Below, one piece after another: positions 16,363 to 26,310 of a DNA stretch of 64,000 nucleotides (position 1 is its first letter; the number at the start of each line of letters is the position of its first letter). Below the pieces are notes generated by a model. The model saw only the letters and a list, made by a program, of their open reading frames with translations, made no database searches and was not told the DNA's origin. A program made the position numbers and the translations under genes. Source of the DNA: Phycisphaerae bacterium. Its GTDB lineage: Bacteria; Planctomycetota; Phycisphaerae; UBA1845; PWPN01. The DNA lies in assembly GCA_018003015.1 (NCBI GenBank), contig JAGNEZ010000034.1:5085-69084 (forward strand). The letters are read 5' to 3'.

Positions 16363-18474
16363 ATGGCGGATGGTCGTGGTTATCGCGGGCTTGTGGTCAT
16401 GCTCACGCTTGGGGCGGTGGGCATGGTTTTTTGGCGGGCCTGGGTGGCCGACGATGCGTTCATTACCTTTCGGCATGTTCACCACTGTCTGGCCGGTCAC
16501 GGTCCGGTGTTCAATGTTGGAGAGCGTGTTCAGGGGTTCAGTCACCCGCTGTGGTTTGTGATCCTGCTGGTGGGTGGGATGTTCTTCGATGTCTACGCGG
16601 TGGCGGTTGTGGCCGGGCTGGTGTGTACCGCGGTGCTGGTTTTGGGGTTGGCTTGGCACATGCGGTGTGAGGCCGGGCGGGCGGTCCAATTGTCCGCGGT
16701 CATGGCCGTGCTGCTCAGTTCGCACACCTTTGTTGAGTATCAGACCTCGGGTCTGGAATCGTCGCTGACCCATGCTGTAGTGGCGTTGCTGGTTGGGGGT
16801 TTACTGGCGGGGGTGCGGGAGGGTGAGCGTGCCTGGGGGTCGGGATTCTCCCCGGCGGCTCCCTTGGGTGAGGGGTTGGGGGTCAAGCCGTCCGAGTCCG
16901 GCGGGGATCCTGGGCGGCCTTTTTCGCTGCCGGTTGTGGTTTTGTTGTGCGTCGTTCTGGTTACGAATCGGCCGGACCAGGTGGCGTTGTCGGGACCGAT
17001 TGTGGTGTGGGCGTTGGTTCAGCTGGTGAAGGCTCGGCGGTGGCGGCTGTGGCTAGCCTCGGCTGCGGCCTGCCTTCCGGCCGTGGCCTGGTACGGGTTT
17101 GCCACGGTGTACTACGGCACGCCGCTGCCGAACACCGCCTATGCCAAGCTCGGGCTTCCCGCGTCGGTTGCGAAGCTAAAGGGGATTCTGTACTTGCGTG
17201 ATTATGCGTGGCACGAGCCGGGCCAGGCGGTGCTGGCCGCGCTCTGCCTGCTGGCGGCGGCGTTCTGGGCGGTGCATCTGGTTGCTCGCCGGAGATTTGG
17301 AGGGGCGGTTGTTGCCTGTTTGGCGTTGGGGCTTTGGCTGCAATTGGCCTGCGTGGTTCGGGAGGGTGGCGACTTCATGCGTGGTCGTACGCTCGGGCCG
17401 GTGCTCGTGGGCAGCATTGTGTTCGGCGGGATGCTGCTGGGCAGGCTTCTGCCCGTTCATCGTGTGGCCCGATCGTGTTCATGGATTGCGGCGATCGTGT
17501 TGCTGGTTGTTTGCCCGTTGAAAATGGGTCGAATCGAAGTGGTTGAGGGTTTCCTGAGGGGCTGGAACTACTTTCGTGACGAGACCCAGGCCCGGGCATG
17601 GCTTGTGGTCGTGCTCATGGTGGTGTTGCTAGCTCTGGGGTTCGCGGGGCACCGTCTGCTGGCCCGGTGGGATGCGTCGCGTCGGGCCTCGGGGGTATTC
17701 ATCGGGCTGGCCACGATCCAGGTTTTCTGGCTCATTGCCGGGATGGGGTCGCTCAATCTGTCGGGACCGACCACGGTCATGCTGGCGTGGGTCTGGGTGG
17801 GCAGCAGCTTCATCATTGGCTGTCTGATGGCTGAGCGAAGGGTGGTTTTTGCGCCGGTGCTGGGGGGGGTTGCGTTGCTGGTGGGGACGATCGGCTCGCT
17901 GTGTGATTTCACGCCGCGGATAGGCGAGTTGGCCAGGGGCACGGACATTGTGGACGAGTATTCCTGGTACACGAATGAGTGGACTGAAAGCCGTTTTCGC
18001 GAACCGCGTTATCAGCGTAACTCCAATGTTCTGGAGTGGGCTCGAGTCGGCCAGAGTGCGCGGCGCTATGCGGACAAGTACGGGCCGCTGACCATGGCCC
18101 TGGGCGCGATCGGGATTGTGTCCTGCCAAGCGGGTTCGAAGGTCAGTGTGGTCGACTGGCACGGCCTGACGGACGCGTACATTGCTCGGCTGAAGGCTTA
18201 TCCCGGCTCGCGTATCGGGCACATGGAGCACGAGGTCCCGCTGGACTACTACCGATCGAGAGGGGTGGTCAATCTGCTGTCGAACTGGAAGGAGCGGCTG
18301 GAGCAGCTCGATCCGACGCTGATCGAGGAAGCTCGGGCGTTGCAGGAGGCGGCCCGCTGGCCTGACCCGGCTGATCGGGGCCGCTGGCAGCTGGTGGAGA
18401 CGATGACTCGGGGGGAGGTCTTCTCGCGTGAACGGCTCGCCCGGATCCCCCGGTATGCTTGGCCGAGCCGGTAG
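16363..18474 (+). CDS. Large polytopic membrane protein, GT-C-like glycosyltransferase candidate (arabinofuranosyltransferase-like DDAFITFRH family)
   Basis: 703 aa with more than 12 predicted TM segments. The first periplasmic loop carries WVADDAFITFRHVHHCLAGHGPVFNVGERVQGFSHPLW. From memory, this motif is found in a widespread family of uncharacterised GT-C-like membrane proteins. A ~230-aa soluble C-terminal domain carries GLTDAYIARL ... GHMEHEVP. Confidence 0.45.
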   Translation: MADGRGYRGLVVMLTLGAVGMVFWRAWVADDAFITFRHVHHCLAGHGPVFNVGERVQGFSHPLWFVILLVGGMFFDVYAVAVVAGLVCTAVLVLGLAWHMRCEAGRAVQLSAVMAVLLSSHTFVEYQTSGLESSLTHAVVALLVGGLLAGVREGERAWGSGFSPAAPLGEGLGVKPSESGGDPGRPFSLPVVVLLCVVLVTNRPDQVALSGPIVVWALVQLVKARRWRLWLASAAACLPAVAWYGFATVYYGTPLPNTAYAKLGLPASVAKLKGILYLRDYAWHEPGQAVLAALCLLAAAFWAVHLVARRRFGGAVVACLALGLWLQLACVVREGGDFMRGRTLGPVLVGSIVFGGMLLGRLLPVHRVARSCSWIAAIVLLVVCPLKMGRIEVVEGFLRGWNYFRDETQARAWLVVVLMVVLLALGFAGHRLLARWDASRRASGVFIGLATIQVFWLIAGMGSLNLSGPTTVMLAWVWVGSSFIIGCLMAERRVVFAPVLGGVALLVGTIGSLCDFTPRIGELARGTDIVDEYSWYTNEWTESRFREPRYQRNSNVLEWARVGQSARRYADKYGPLTMALGAIGIVSCQAGSKVSVVDWHGLTDAYIARLKAYPGSRIGHMEHEVPLDYYRSRGVVNLLSNWKERLEQLDPTLIEEARALQEAARWPDPADRGRWQLVETMTRGEVFSRERLARIPRYAWPSR

Positions 18475-18540
18475 GGCCCGGCTTGAAATCGGGGGTGCTG
18501 ATCCATAAGGTATCGTCTCCCGAAAAGGACACTGATTCCT

Positions 18541-19611
18541 ATGCTTGAAGAACTTACGGCAGAACTCAAACAGGCATTGGCCGAGGCCGAGGAGCTCATC
18601 GCCGCTGCCAAGACGGTGGATGAGCTTCGCCAGGCGGAGAGTCGGCTGATGGGTAAGCAGGGTACTCTGGGCAAGCTGTTGGCCTCGATTGGCAAGCTGC
18701 CCGCGGAGCATCGCGGGGCGGCTGGGAAGGACATCAACCTGGCCAAGAAGGCGATTACGGAGCGGTTTGCCTCCGCCCGGGGGGCGATTGAGCAGGCCGC
18801 CGACAAGCGAGCGGCGGTTGGGGCCCAGGCCTACGACCCGACACTACCGGCTCCGGTTGTGCCGCGTGGGAGCGTGCATCCGGTGACGGCGGTGCAGTGG
18901 GAGGTTGAGGACATCATGGCCCGTCTGGGCTTTGTGGTGGTGGCCGGCCCGGAGATGGAGACCGACTACTACAACTTTGAGGCCCTGAACATACCGGCGA
19001 TGCACCCGGCGCGTGACATGCAGGACACGTTCTGGCTGACGAACGGGTGGCTGCTGCGGACGCACACGTCGCCCTGTCAGGTGCGGGCGATGGAGAAGCT
19101 GGGTCCACCGTTGCGGGTGATTGCCCCGGGGCGTGTGTTCCGTTACGAGACGGAGGATGCCTCGCACGGCAATACCTTTCACCAGCTTGAAGGGCTGATG
19201 ATTGATCGCCGGATTTCGATCGCCAATCTAATTGGGGTGATGAAGCTGATTCTGGTTGAGGTCTTCAAGCGTGACATCAAGGTACGGCTTCGTCCGGGCT
19301 TTTTCCCCTTTGTGGAGCCCGGCTTCGAGCTGGACATGAGTTGCGAGATTTGCGGCGGCTCGGGCTGCGCGACGTGCAAGCGGAGCGGCTGGGTCGAGAT
19401 TCTGCCGTGCGGGATGGTTCATCCGAACGTGCTGCGTTTCGGCGGGATTGACCCGCACGAATACACTGGTTTTGCCTTCGGGATGGGGTTGACTCGTCTG
19501 GCGATGATGCGATACGGCGTGCAGGATATCCGCGGCCTCAACAGTGGTGACCTGCGGGCGATCATCCGGCCGGAGCAGCGCAACGGCCCGGCCATTATCG
19601 AGAAGAACTAG
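18541..19611 (+). CDS. pheS: Phenylalanine--tRNA ligase alpha subunit
   Basis: 356 aa. Class II aaRS motifs present (FWLTNGWLLRTHTSPCQVRAME; GFAFGMGLTRLAMMRYG). Immediately followed by pheT. Confidence 0.95.
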   Translation: MLEELTAELKQALAEAEELIAAAKTVDELRQAESRLMGKQGTLGKLLASIGKLPAEHRGAAGKDINLAKKAITERFASARGAIEQAADKRAAVGAQAYDPTLPAPVVPRGSVHPVTAVQWEVEDIMARLGFVVVAGPEMETDYYNFEALNIPAMHPARDMQDTFWLTNGWLLRTHTSPCQVRAMEKLGPPLRVIAPGRVFRYETEDASHGNTFHQLEGLMIDRRISIANLIGVMKLILVEVFKRDIKVRLRPGFFPFVEPGFELDMSCEICGGSGCATCKRSGWVEILPCGMVHPNVLRFGGIDPHEYTGFAFGMGLTRLAMMRYGVQDIRGLNSGDLRAIIRPEQRNGPAIIEKN

Positions 19612-19658
19612 CCGCCGACCGCACTGACAGCTGACAGCTAACACAAAAGGAATCTTCC

Positions 19659-22076
19659 GTGTTCGTCTCATTCAACTGGATTCGTGACTTCGTCGATTTG
19701 CCCCCTGACCTGGATGCACGGGTGCTTGCCGAGCACTTCACGGTGACTTCGGCGGAGGTGGAGGGTGTCGAGCAGATCCGCTGCGGCGCCTCGGGGCTGA
19801 TTGCGGTGGAGGTTGTGGGGCTCGAAGTGATTGCGGGCAGTGCTGGCCAGCTTGCGGTCAAGGTGAACACCGGTTCGGCTCAGCTCGATACGGTGACCCT
19901 GGCACAGGGATTGAAGGTTGGCGACCGGGTGGTCTTCGCCCCGCCGGGGGCGGTGCTTCCGGGTGTGGGGGTGATCGGCGAGCGCAAGGTCGGCGGGCGC
20001 AGCAGCGCCGGCATGATCGTGCCCGGTGATGCCCTGAGCCTGCCGACGGTCGGCCAGCGTGCCCTCTGGCTTCCCCCGGCCACCCAAGCCGGCGAGAAGA
20101 TCGACATGGCTCTTTTCGGCGACTGGGTCATGGAGATTGACAACAAGTCGATCACCAATCGGCCGGACCTGTGGGGTCACTACGGTGTCGCCCGGGAGCT
20201 GGCGGCGATTCACGGCAGACCGCTGAAGAGCTACCCGGTTGCGCCGCTGGATGAAGTGGACGACAAGTCGCAGCCGGCGGTCCCGATTGTCATCGACGAC
20301 CCGGCCCGCTGTCCGCGTTACAGTGCGTTGCGGTTCACGGGGGTTCGGGCGCAGCCGGCGCCGCTGTGGATGCAGGTTCGGCTAGCCCACGTGGGCATGC
20401 GGCCGATCGACATTCTGGTTGACCTGACCAACTACATCATGGCCGAGCTGGGTCAGCCGATGCACGCGTTCGACTGTTCCACGATTGAACGCATCGAGGT
20501 TGCGACGGCCAAGACGGGTGAGCCATTCACCACGCTCGACGGCACGGTTCGGACCATGCCCGAGGGTGCATTGATGATTCAGTCCAACCGCCGCTCGGTA
20601 GCCCTGGCCGGGATCATGGGTGGGGCTGATACCGAGGTGACGGCCAAGACCGAGTCGCTGCTGTTGGAGAGTGCGAACTTCGACCCGGCGGTCATCCGGC
20701 GGTGTGCGACCGCGCTGGGTCATCGCACGGACGCGAGCGCCCGGTTCGAGAAGTCCCTGGATCCGGCGACGACCGTGCTGGGCATTCAGCGGTTCGTGTA
20801 TCTGGCCAAGCCTGAACTGCCGGCCATGAGGTTCACCAGCCGGCTCTCCGATTGCTTCCCCAGGCCTCCGAAGACCACCATGGTGCGCGTCGACCCCGAG
20901 TTCGTGAGTATGTACGTCGGCCGGCCGGTGTCGGCGGACGAGATCTCTCGGATTCTCAAGCCGCTCGAGTTTGGAGTGAAAAGTGAAGGCAAGGTGCTGG
21001 ACGTCACCGTGCCGAGCTTTCGAGCGACCAAGGACATCGGCATTGAGGCGGATGTCATCGAGGAGGTGGCCCGCTTCATCGGGTACGGTTCGATCGAGCC
21101 GGTGCTGCCGACGATCACGGTTCGTTACGCGGAGCCGACCGACCAGGCTCGATTCGAACGGCAGACGCTTTCGCTGCTGTGCGGCGGGATGAGTTATGCG
21201 GAGATTCACCGCCACGTCTGGTTCACGGCCGACTGGCTCAAGCAGATTGGTTTTGAGCCGGGCGCGTGCATCACGCTCCGCAACCCGGCGGCGGCCGGAA
21301 CCGAGCGGCTGCGGACCACGCTGATCCCGGGCGTGCTGGCCGCGGTCGATCTCAACCGCCATCACTTCGAGAAGTTCGACCTGGTGGAGGTCGGCAGCGT
21401 GTTCTCGGCCCAGGCCGCGGAAGGCAAGGCGGGCGACGCCGAGCGCGAGCGGCGGCACATGGCTCTGGCCCTGGTTGGGCCCGGGCGGAAGAGCACGCAC
21501 GAGGACGAACTGCTTCGGCGGCTCAAGACCGATCTGACCACCTGGCTGTATCAGACGCTGAAGTATCCGCTCCGGTTTGTCACCGCTGCGCCGAGCTACC
21601 CGTGGGAGCACGAGGCCAAGACCGCGGCGGTCGAGTTCGACGGCAAGGCGTTGGGGCGGATCACGGTACTGCCGGCGGCGACGAAGCGGCGGATCGACGA
21701 GCATCTGGCGGCGTGGTCGATCGCGTTGGCCGAGGTCGATCTGTCGGCCGTGCTGAGCCTGCGGCCGCTGCACCGCAAGCTGGTGCCGGTGCCGGTTCAC
21801 CCGCAGATCGATCTGGACTTCTCGCTGTTGGCGGCCAGCGGCTACCGTTACGCCGAGTTGGAGAAGGCGCTGGCCGGTTACAGCCACGCCCTGTTGCGGC
21901 GGTTCGCGTTCGTGGACAGCTACGAAGGCGGCTCGGTTCCGGCGGGCAAGCGGAGCTTCACTTTCCGGGCGACGATCGGCGACGCCGGGCGAACGCTGAC
22001 CGAGGAGGACATCCAGGGTTTCCGCGCGGACTTCCTCGCCTTCATCGACAAGAACGGCTTGGCGCTGCGAACGTGA
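19659..22076 (+). CDS. pheT: Phenylalanine--tRNA ligase beta subunit
   Basis: 805 aa with a GTG start. Canonical opening MFVSFNWIRDFV, a B3/4 region and a C-terminal anticodon-binding-like domain. Adjacent to pheS. Confidence 0.93.
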   Translation: MFVSFNWIRDFVDLPPDLDARVLAEHFTVTSAEVEGVEQIRCGASGLIAVEVVGLEVIAGSAGQLAVKVNTGSAQLDTVTLAQGLKVGDRVVFAPPGAVLPGVGVIGERKVGGRSSAGMIVPGDALSLPTVGQRALWLPPATQAGEKIDMALFGDWVMEIDNKSITNRPDLWGHYGVARELAAIHGRPLKSYPVAPLDEVDDKSQPAVPIVIDDPARCPRYSALRFTGVRAQPAPLWMQVRLAHVGMRPIDILVDLTNYIMAELGQPMHAFDCSTIERIEVATAKTGEPFTTLDGTVRTMPEGALMIQSNRRSVALAGIMGGADTEVTAKTESLLLESANFDPAVIRRCATALGHRTDASARFEKSLDPATTVLGIQRFVYLAKPELPAMRFTSRLSDCFPRPPKTTMVRVDPEFVSMYVGRPVSADEISRILKPLEFGVKSEGKVLDVTVPSFRATKDIGIEADVIEEVARFIGYGSIEPVLPTITVRYAEPTDQARFERQTLSLLCGGMSYAEIHRHVWFTADWLKQIGFEPGACITLRNPAAAGTERLRTTLIPGVLAAVDLNRHHFEKFDLVEVGSVFSAQAAEGKAGDAERERRHMALALVGPGRKSTHEDELLRRLKTDLTTWLYQTLKYPLRFVTAAPSYPWEHEAKTAAVEFDGKALGRITVLPAATKRRIDEHLAAWSIALAEVDLSAVLSLRPLHRKLVPVPVHPQIDLDFSLLAASGYRYAELEKALAGYSHALLRRFAFVDSYEGGSVPAGKRSFTFRATIGDAGRTLTEEDIQGFRADFLAFIDKNGLALRT

Positions 22077-22219
22077 TCGCAGGCGGGCTGTGTCCGAGTC
22101 CGGCGGCAGGGATCGCGCCTCGGGGGAGGAGGCCACTGGGTGTGGAGACGCCTCTTCGTGGTCATTGATGGTCTTGAAGGTTTCCAGCAGGCCGTCTGTT
22201 GGCGGGTCGACCACGCCGG

Positions 22220-25200
22220 TCAATCGGAGGGGGAGGCGGCGTCTGACAGGGTTTCATCGGAGGCGTCGTAGTCGTTGGCGTGTGGGCGCCAGGATTGCTC
22301 GGGCGAGGGTGGTGGGGGAGGTGGTGTGGTGGGGGTGGTCTGGCGGATGGCGGAGAGAATGGCGAGTCGTTCTGGGCCGATGAGTTGGCTGATGGCCTGT
22401 CTGAATTCCGGTGTCGGGCGGACATAGTAGTCCGGGTTGGCTCGCACGGTCACCTTGACCCGTTCCTTGGTCCAGAGTTCCAGGAAGACCGGCTTGTCGC
22501 CGGAGAACCTGCGGATGGTCTGCTGGAGGGTCTTGAGCGTTTGTTCGGGGGTATCGTCGCCGAGGCGGAGCAGGACCATCGAGCTGAGCCGTTCGTCGGC
22601 GGCCTCGAGGGGGATGAGGTCGTTGACGCGCAGGGAGGGCTCCTGTCGTCGGCGGTCGACCTGACCCTTGAAGAAGACGACCGTCTCCAGGGCGAGCTGG
22701 GCCTGGAACTTCTCCAACTCCTTGGGAAAGAGGATGACCTCGATCTGGCCGTGCAGGTCCTCGAGGGTGACGATGCCCATTTTCTTGCCGGCGCTGGTTC
22801 CGTTCTTGATGGGGACGTTTCGCATCTTGCTGATCATTCCGCCGACGGTGACTTCGGAGCCGTCGGTGAATCGGACCAGATCGATGGTTCGGGCGGAGGC
22901 GTACTTGCGGAGTGTTTCCTGGTGGGCGCTGAGGGGGTGTCGGGTCACGTAGAAGCCCAGGACTGCTTTCTCGTGGGCGAGCATTTCGGCCTCGTTCCAC
23001 TGGGCTTTGGGCATTTTGGGTTCGATTTTCTCGATGCCCGGCCCGCCGAACAGGGACATTTGCCCGCTGCGACGATCGGCTGCGAGCGCGGCTCCCTGGG
23101 CGATGGCGTCGTCGAGCACGAGCATGAGGGCCTTGCGCATCGCGCCGGTGGAGTCGAATGCTCCGCACTTGATCAGGGCTTCGAGGACCGCCCGGTTGAC
23201 GGAGGCCAGGTCCACCCGCTCGCAGAAATCGAAGATGGAGCGGAACGCTCCTCCCTTCTCTCTGGCGGCGAGGATTGCCGCGACGGCCTTGCTGCCGACG
23301 CCCTTGATGGCCGCGAGCCCGAAGCGGATGATGGGCCGGTCGCCCTTGCCGCGGACCACGGTGAAGGTTTCCTGGGACACGTTCACGTCGGGTGGGGCGA
23401 TGTCGATGCCCATTTTCTTGCACTCTTCGATGTGCTCGACGATCTTGTCGGTCGAGTCCATTTCGAAGGCAAGCAGGGCGGCCATGTACTCGGCCGGATA
23501 GTAGACCTTGAGGAAGGCGGTTTGGAAGGCGACCAGGGCGTAACCGGTTGCGTGGGCCTTGTTGAAGGCGTACTTACCGAACTCGAGGACATCGGTGAAG
23601 ATCTGCTCGGCCACCTCGCGTTTGACGCCTTTCTGGCCGACGCCGACGAGGAAAGGTTCGCGCATCGACTCGATGATGCTGGTCTTCTTCTTGCTGATCG
23701 CCTTGGCCAGGCGGAAGGCTTTCTTGAGCTCGATTCCGCCGAGCCGGTTGACCAGTCGCGACACCTGTTCCTGGTAGACCATGATGCCGTAGGTTTCTCT
23801 GAGTACCTCGGTCATGATGGGGTGGGGCGTGGTCCACTTGTCGCCGTGCTTGCGGGCCACGTACTGGTCGATGTAGGCCATGGGGCCGGGTCGATAGAGG
23901 GCGTTTGCGGCGATCAGGTCTTCGACGCAGGTGGGGCGCATTTTCATGAGCACGTCGCGCATGCCGCCGGACTCGAACTGGAACACGCCTTTGGTATCGC
24001 CGCGGGCGAACAAGGTAAAGACCTTCTGGTCGGTGAGGTCGAGTCTTTCCAGATCGAGGTCCAGGTCGTGGTTCTGCCTGACCAGTTGACGGGCGTGCTC
24101 GATGACGCTCAGCGTCTTGAGGCCCAGGAGGTCCATCTTGAGCAGGCCGCACTTCTCGACGGCGGGCCCGTCGAACTGGGTGACGGTCTGTTCCGAGTTT
24201 TCCGCCCGATACAGTGGCACGAGATCGTCTAAGGGGTTGTCGCTGATGACCACGGCGGCGGCGTGCACGCCGACGTGGCGGGCGAGGCCTTCGAGCCGCT
24301 TGCTGATGTCGATGACGTCGCGGATCTTGTCGTTTTCCTTGTAGAGCCGCTGGAGTTCCGGTTCCTGGCTCATCGCCTTGTCGACGGTCATCTTCAGTTC
24401 TTCGGGAATGAGCTTGGTGAGTGCGTTAGCCTCCTCGAAGCCCAGGCCCATGACGCGGCTGACGTCCTTGACCACGGCCTTGGCCTTGAGCGTTCCGTAG
24501 GTGATGACCTGGGCGACGTGGCCGTATTGCTTGCGGACGTACTCGATGACCCGTTCGCGGCCGACCTGGCAGATATCGATATCGATATCGGGCATTTCGT
24601 CGCGGTCGGGGTCCATGAACCGTTCGAAGTAGAGTTCGTAGCGGAGGGGGTCGGGCGCGGACAGATTGAGGCAGTAGCCGACGACGGTGGAGCAGCCGCT
24701 GCCTCTGGCCCCGCAGGGGATTCCCTCGGCGCGGGCGTAGCTGACGAAATCCCAGACGATCAGGAAGTAGCTGGAGAATCCCTTGGACCCGATGACCTCG
24801 AGCTCGTAGTCGATGCGTTCGCGGATTTCGGGTGTGATCTCGGTGTATTTTCGGGCTGCGCCGGCGTACACCAGTTCGCGCAGATAATCGCGGTCGGTTT
24901 TACCGGCGGGGACGTGGTAGACGGGGGCGTGGGTTTTACCGAACTCGATATTGACGTTGCACCGGTCAGCGAGGCGTTCGGTGGTGTTCAGGGCGTCGGG
25001 ATAGTCCTTGAACAGCTCCTGCATTTCGGCGCGGCTCTTGAGGTAGAACTGGTCGGAATCGAACTTGAAGCGTTTTTCGTCTGTGAGTTTGGCCCCGGTG
25101 TTGATGCAGCAGAGCACGTCGTGGGCGCGGACGTCGTCTGGGCTGAGGTAGTGGACGTCGTTGGCGACGGTGACGCCGATGCCCAGCCGGCGGGCGAGGT

Positions 25201-25786
25201 CGTGGAGGAGAGGGTTGACGGTTTTCTGTTCGGGGAGGCCGTGGTCCTGGAGTTCGATGTAGAAGTTGTCTGCGCCGAAGATGCCCAGGTAGATTCTGGC
25301 GATTGCCTCGGCGTCCTTGGGGCGGTCGGCGAGGAGGGCCTGGGGGATCTCGCCGCCCAGGCAGGCGCTGGTGCAGATGAGGCCGCGGGCGTGTTCCCGG
25401 AGCACGTCCTTGTCGATGCGTGGCTTGTAGTAGAAGCCCTCGCGGTAGGCGATGGAGCTGAGCTTGAGGAGGTTGCGGTAGCCGGTGTTATCGCGGGCCA
25501 GGAGGAGCAGATGGTAGCTCGCGTCGGCGACGCCCTTGGTTTCCTTGCTCCGCCGGTCGCCGGGGGCCATGTAGGTTTCGAGGCCGATGATCGGCTTGAC
25601 GCCGGCTTTGCGGGCGGCCTCGTAGAACGGTACCACGGCGAACAGGTTGCCGTGGTCGGTCATAGCCACGGCCTTGCCGCCGTCGGCCTTGACCTTGACC
25701 ATGAGGTCATCGATCCGAGTGGCCCCGTCGAGCAGGCTCAGGTGGGTGTGCAGGTGCAGGTGGGTGAAGGTTGAGGGTAATGCCAC
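22220..25786 (-). CDS. dnaE: DNA polymerase III alpha subunit
   Basis: PHP domain opening FTHLHLHTHLSLLDGATRIDDL; full-length DnaE similarity continues to the C-terminus. The ORF track extends to 26248, but those ~154 extra residues are Pro/Arg-rich and not DnaE-like. Start placed at GTG 25786 (alternative TTG 25792), downstream of GGGAGG. Confidence 0.9.
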   Translation of the reverse strand: MALPSTFTHLHLHTHLSLLDGATRIDDLMVKVKADGGKAVAMTDHGNLFAVVPFYEAARKAGVKPIIGLETYMAPGDRRSKETKGVADASYHLLLLARDNTGYRNLLKLSSIAYREGFYYKPRIDKDVLREHARGLICTSACLGGEIPQALLADRPKDAEAIARIYLGIFGADNFYIELQDHGLPEQKTVNPLLHDLARRLGIGVTVANDVHYLSPDDVRAHDVLCCINTGAKLTDEKRFKFDSDQFYLKSRAEMQELFKDYPDALNTTERLADRCNVNIEFGKTHAPVYHVPAGKTDRDYLRELVYAGAARKYTEITPEIRERIDYELEVIGSKGFSSYFLIVWDFVSYARAEGIPCGARGSGCSTVVGYCLNLSAPDPLRYELYFERFMDPDRDEMPDIDIDICQVGRERVIEYVRKQYGHVAQVITYGTLKAKAVVKDVSRVMGLGFEEANALTKLIPEELKMTVDKAMSQEPELQRLYKENDKIRDVIDISKRLEGLARHVGVHAAAVVISDNPLDDLVPLYRAENSEQTVTQFDGPAVEKCGLLKMDLLGLKTLSVIEHARQLVRQNHDLDLDLERLDLTDQKVFTLFARGDTKGVFQFESGGMRDVLMKMRPTCVEDLIAANALYRPGPMAYIDQYVARKHGDKWTTPHPIMTEVLRETYGIMVYQEQVSRLVNRLGGIELKKAFRLAKAISKKKTSIIESMREPFLVGVGQKGVKREVAEQIFTDVLEFGKYAFNKAHATGYALVAFQTAFLKVYYPAEYMAALLAFEMDSTDKIVEHIEECKKMGIDIAPPDVNVSQETFTVVRGKGDRPIIRFGLAAIKGVGSKAVAAILAAREKGGAFRSIFDFCERVDLASVNRAVLEALIKCGAFDSTGAMRKALMLVLDDAIAQGAALAADRRSGQMSLFGGPGIEKIEPKMPKAQWNEAEMLAHEKAVLGFYVTRHPLSAHQETLRKYASARTIDLVRFTDGSEVTVGGMISKMRNVPIKNGTSAGKKMGIVTLEDLHGQIEVILFPKELEKFQAQLALETVVFFKGQVDRRRQEPSLRVNDLIPLEAADERLSSMVLLRLGDDTPEQTLKTLQQTIRRFSGDKPVFLELWTKERVKVTVRANPDYYVRPTPEFRQAISQLIGPERLAILSAIRQTTPTTPPPPPPSPEQSWRPHANDYDASDETLSDAASPSD

Positions 25787-26310
25787 GGCCAAGCCCGCCT
25801 CCCTGGGTGATCCCGTTCGGTCCGTCGGTTTCTTGATGGGGGATTCTACGTTCCGGGGGACCCCCCGAGCAAGCCTGTCGGCAGGTCCCGGTGCGGGGTG
25901 CTGTGAATTTCTTTGCGCCGCACACTTGTGGTCTTGCGGGCAGCTTCGGGTTGGTTCAGTGGGTTGGGTATCGTCTTGCGGCTCACGCCGGGGCGGAGGG
26001 CTTCGGTCGGGGTGATCCGAAACCGGACGGAGAGGCGATTGACGGCTTGGGTGACGTGTTTGCACCTGGTCGTTCGGATCCGAAGGCGTGGGTGATGCAG
26101 GATTCCTCGGAATGAGTGTTTTCTGCTCTGATCGGAACGGCTGGCTGGGGCCGGTTCGCCGTGGTCGTGCTACACTCGGAGCGGCGCCCATCAGTGTTCG
26201 GTCGGTTCTTTTGGCCGGTCTGCCCGTGGACGATGTCCTCGGCGACACGGGTGTGGCGGGAGAAGCGAATGCAAGCGCAGGCTCGTCCTCTGTTTGATGG
26301 GAGGGATACC

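Noticed and set aside
25787-26248. N-terminal ~154-codon extension of the dnaE ORF. Similar upstream extensions occur for cheR, cheY (the 44972-46297 ORF), the 26116, 29579, 31316, 49655, 52048 and 56640 plus-strand ORFs, and the 59217-62852 ORF.
   Set aside because: The extensions are Pro/Arg/Ser-rich and unlike the protein families concerned. In each case an internal start with a GGAGG-type ribosome-binding site, and where relevant a signal peptide, gives a canonical N-terminus.
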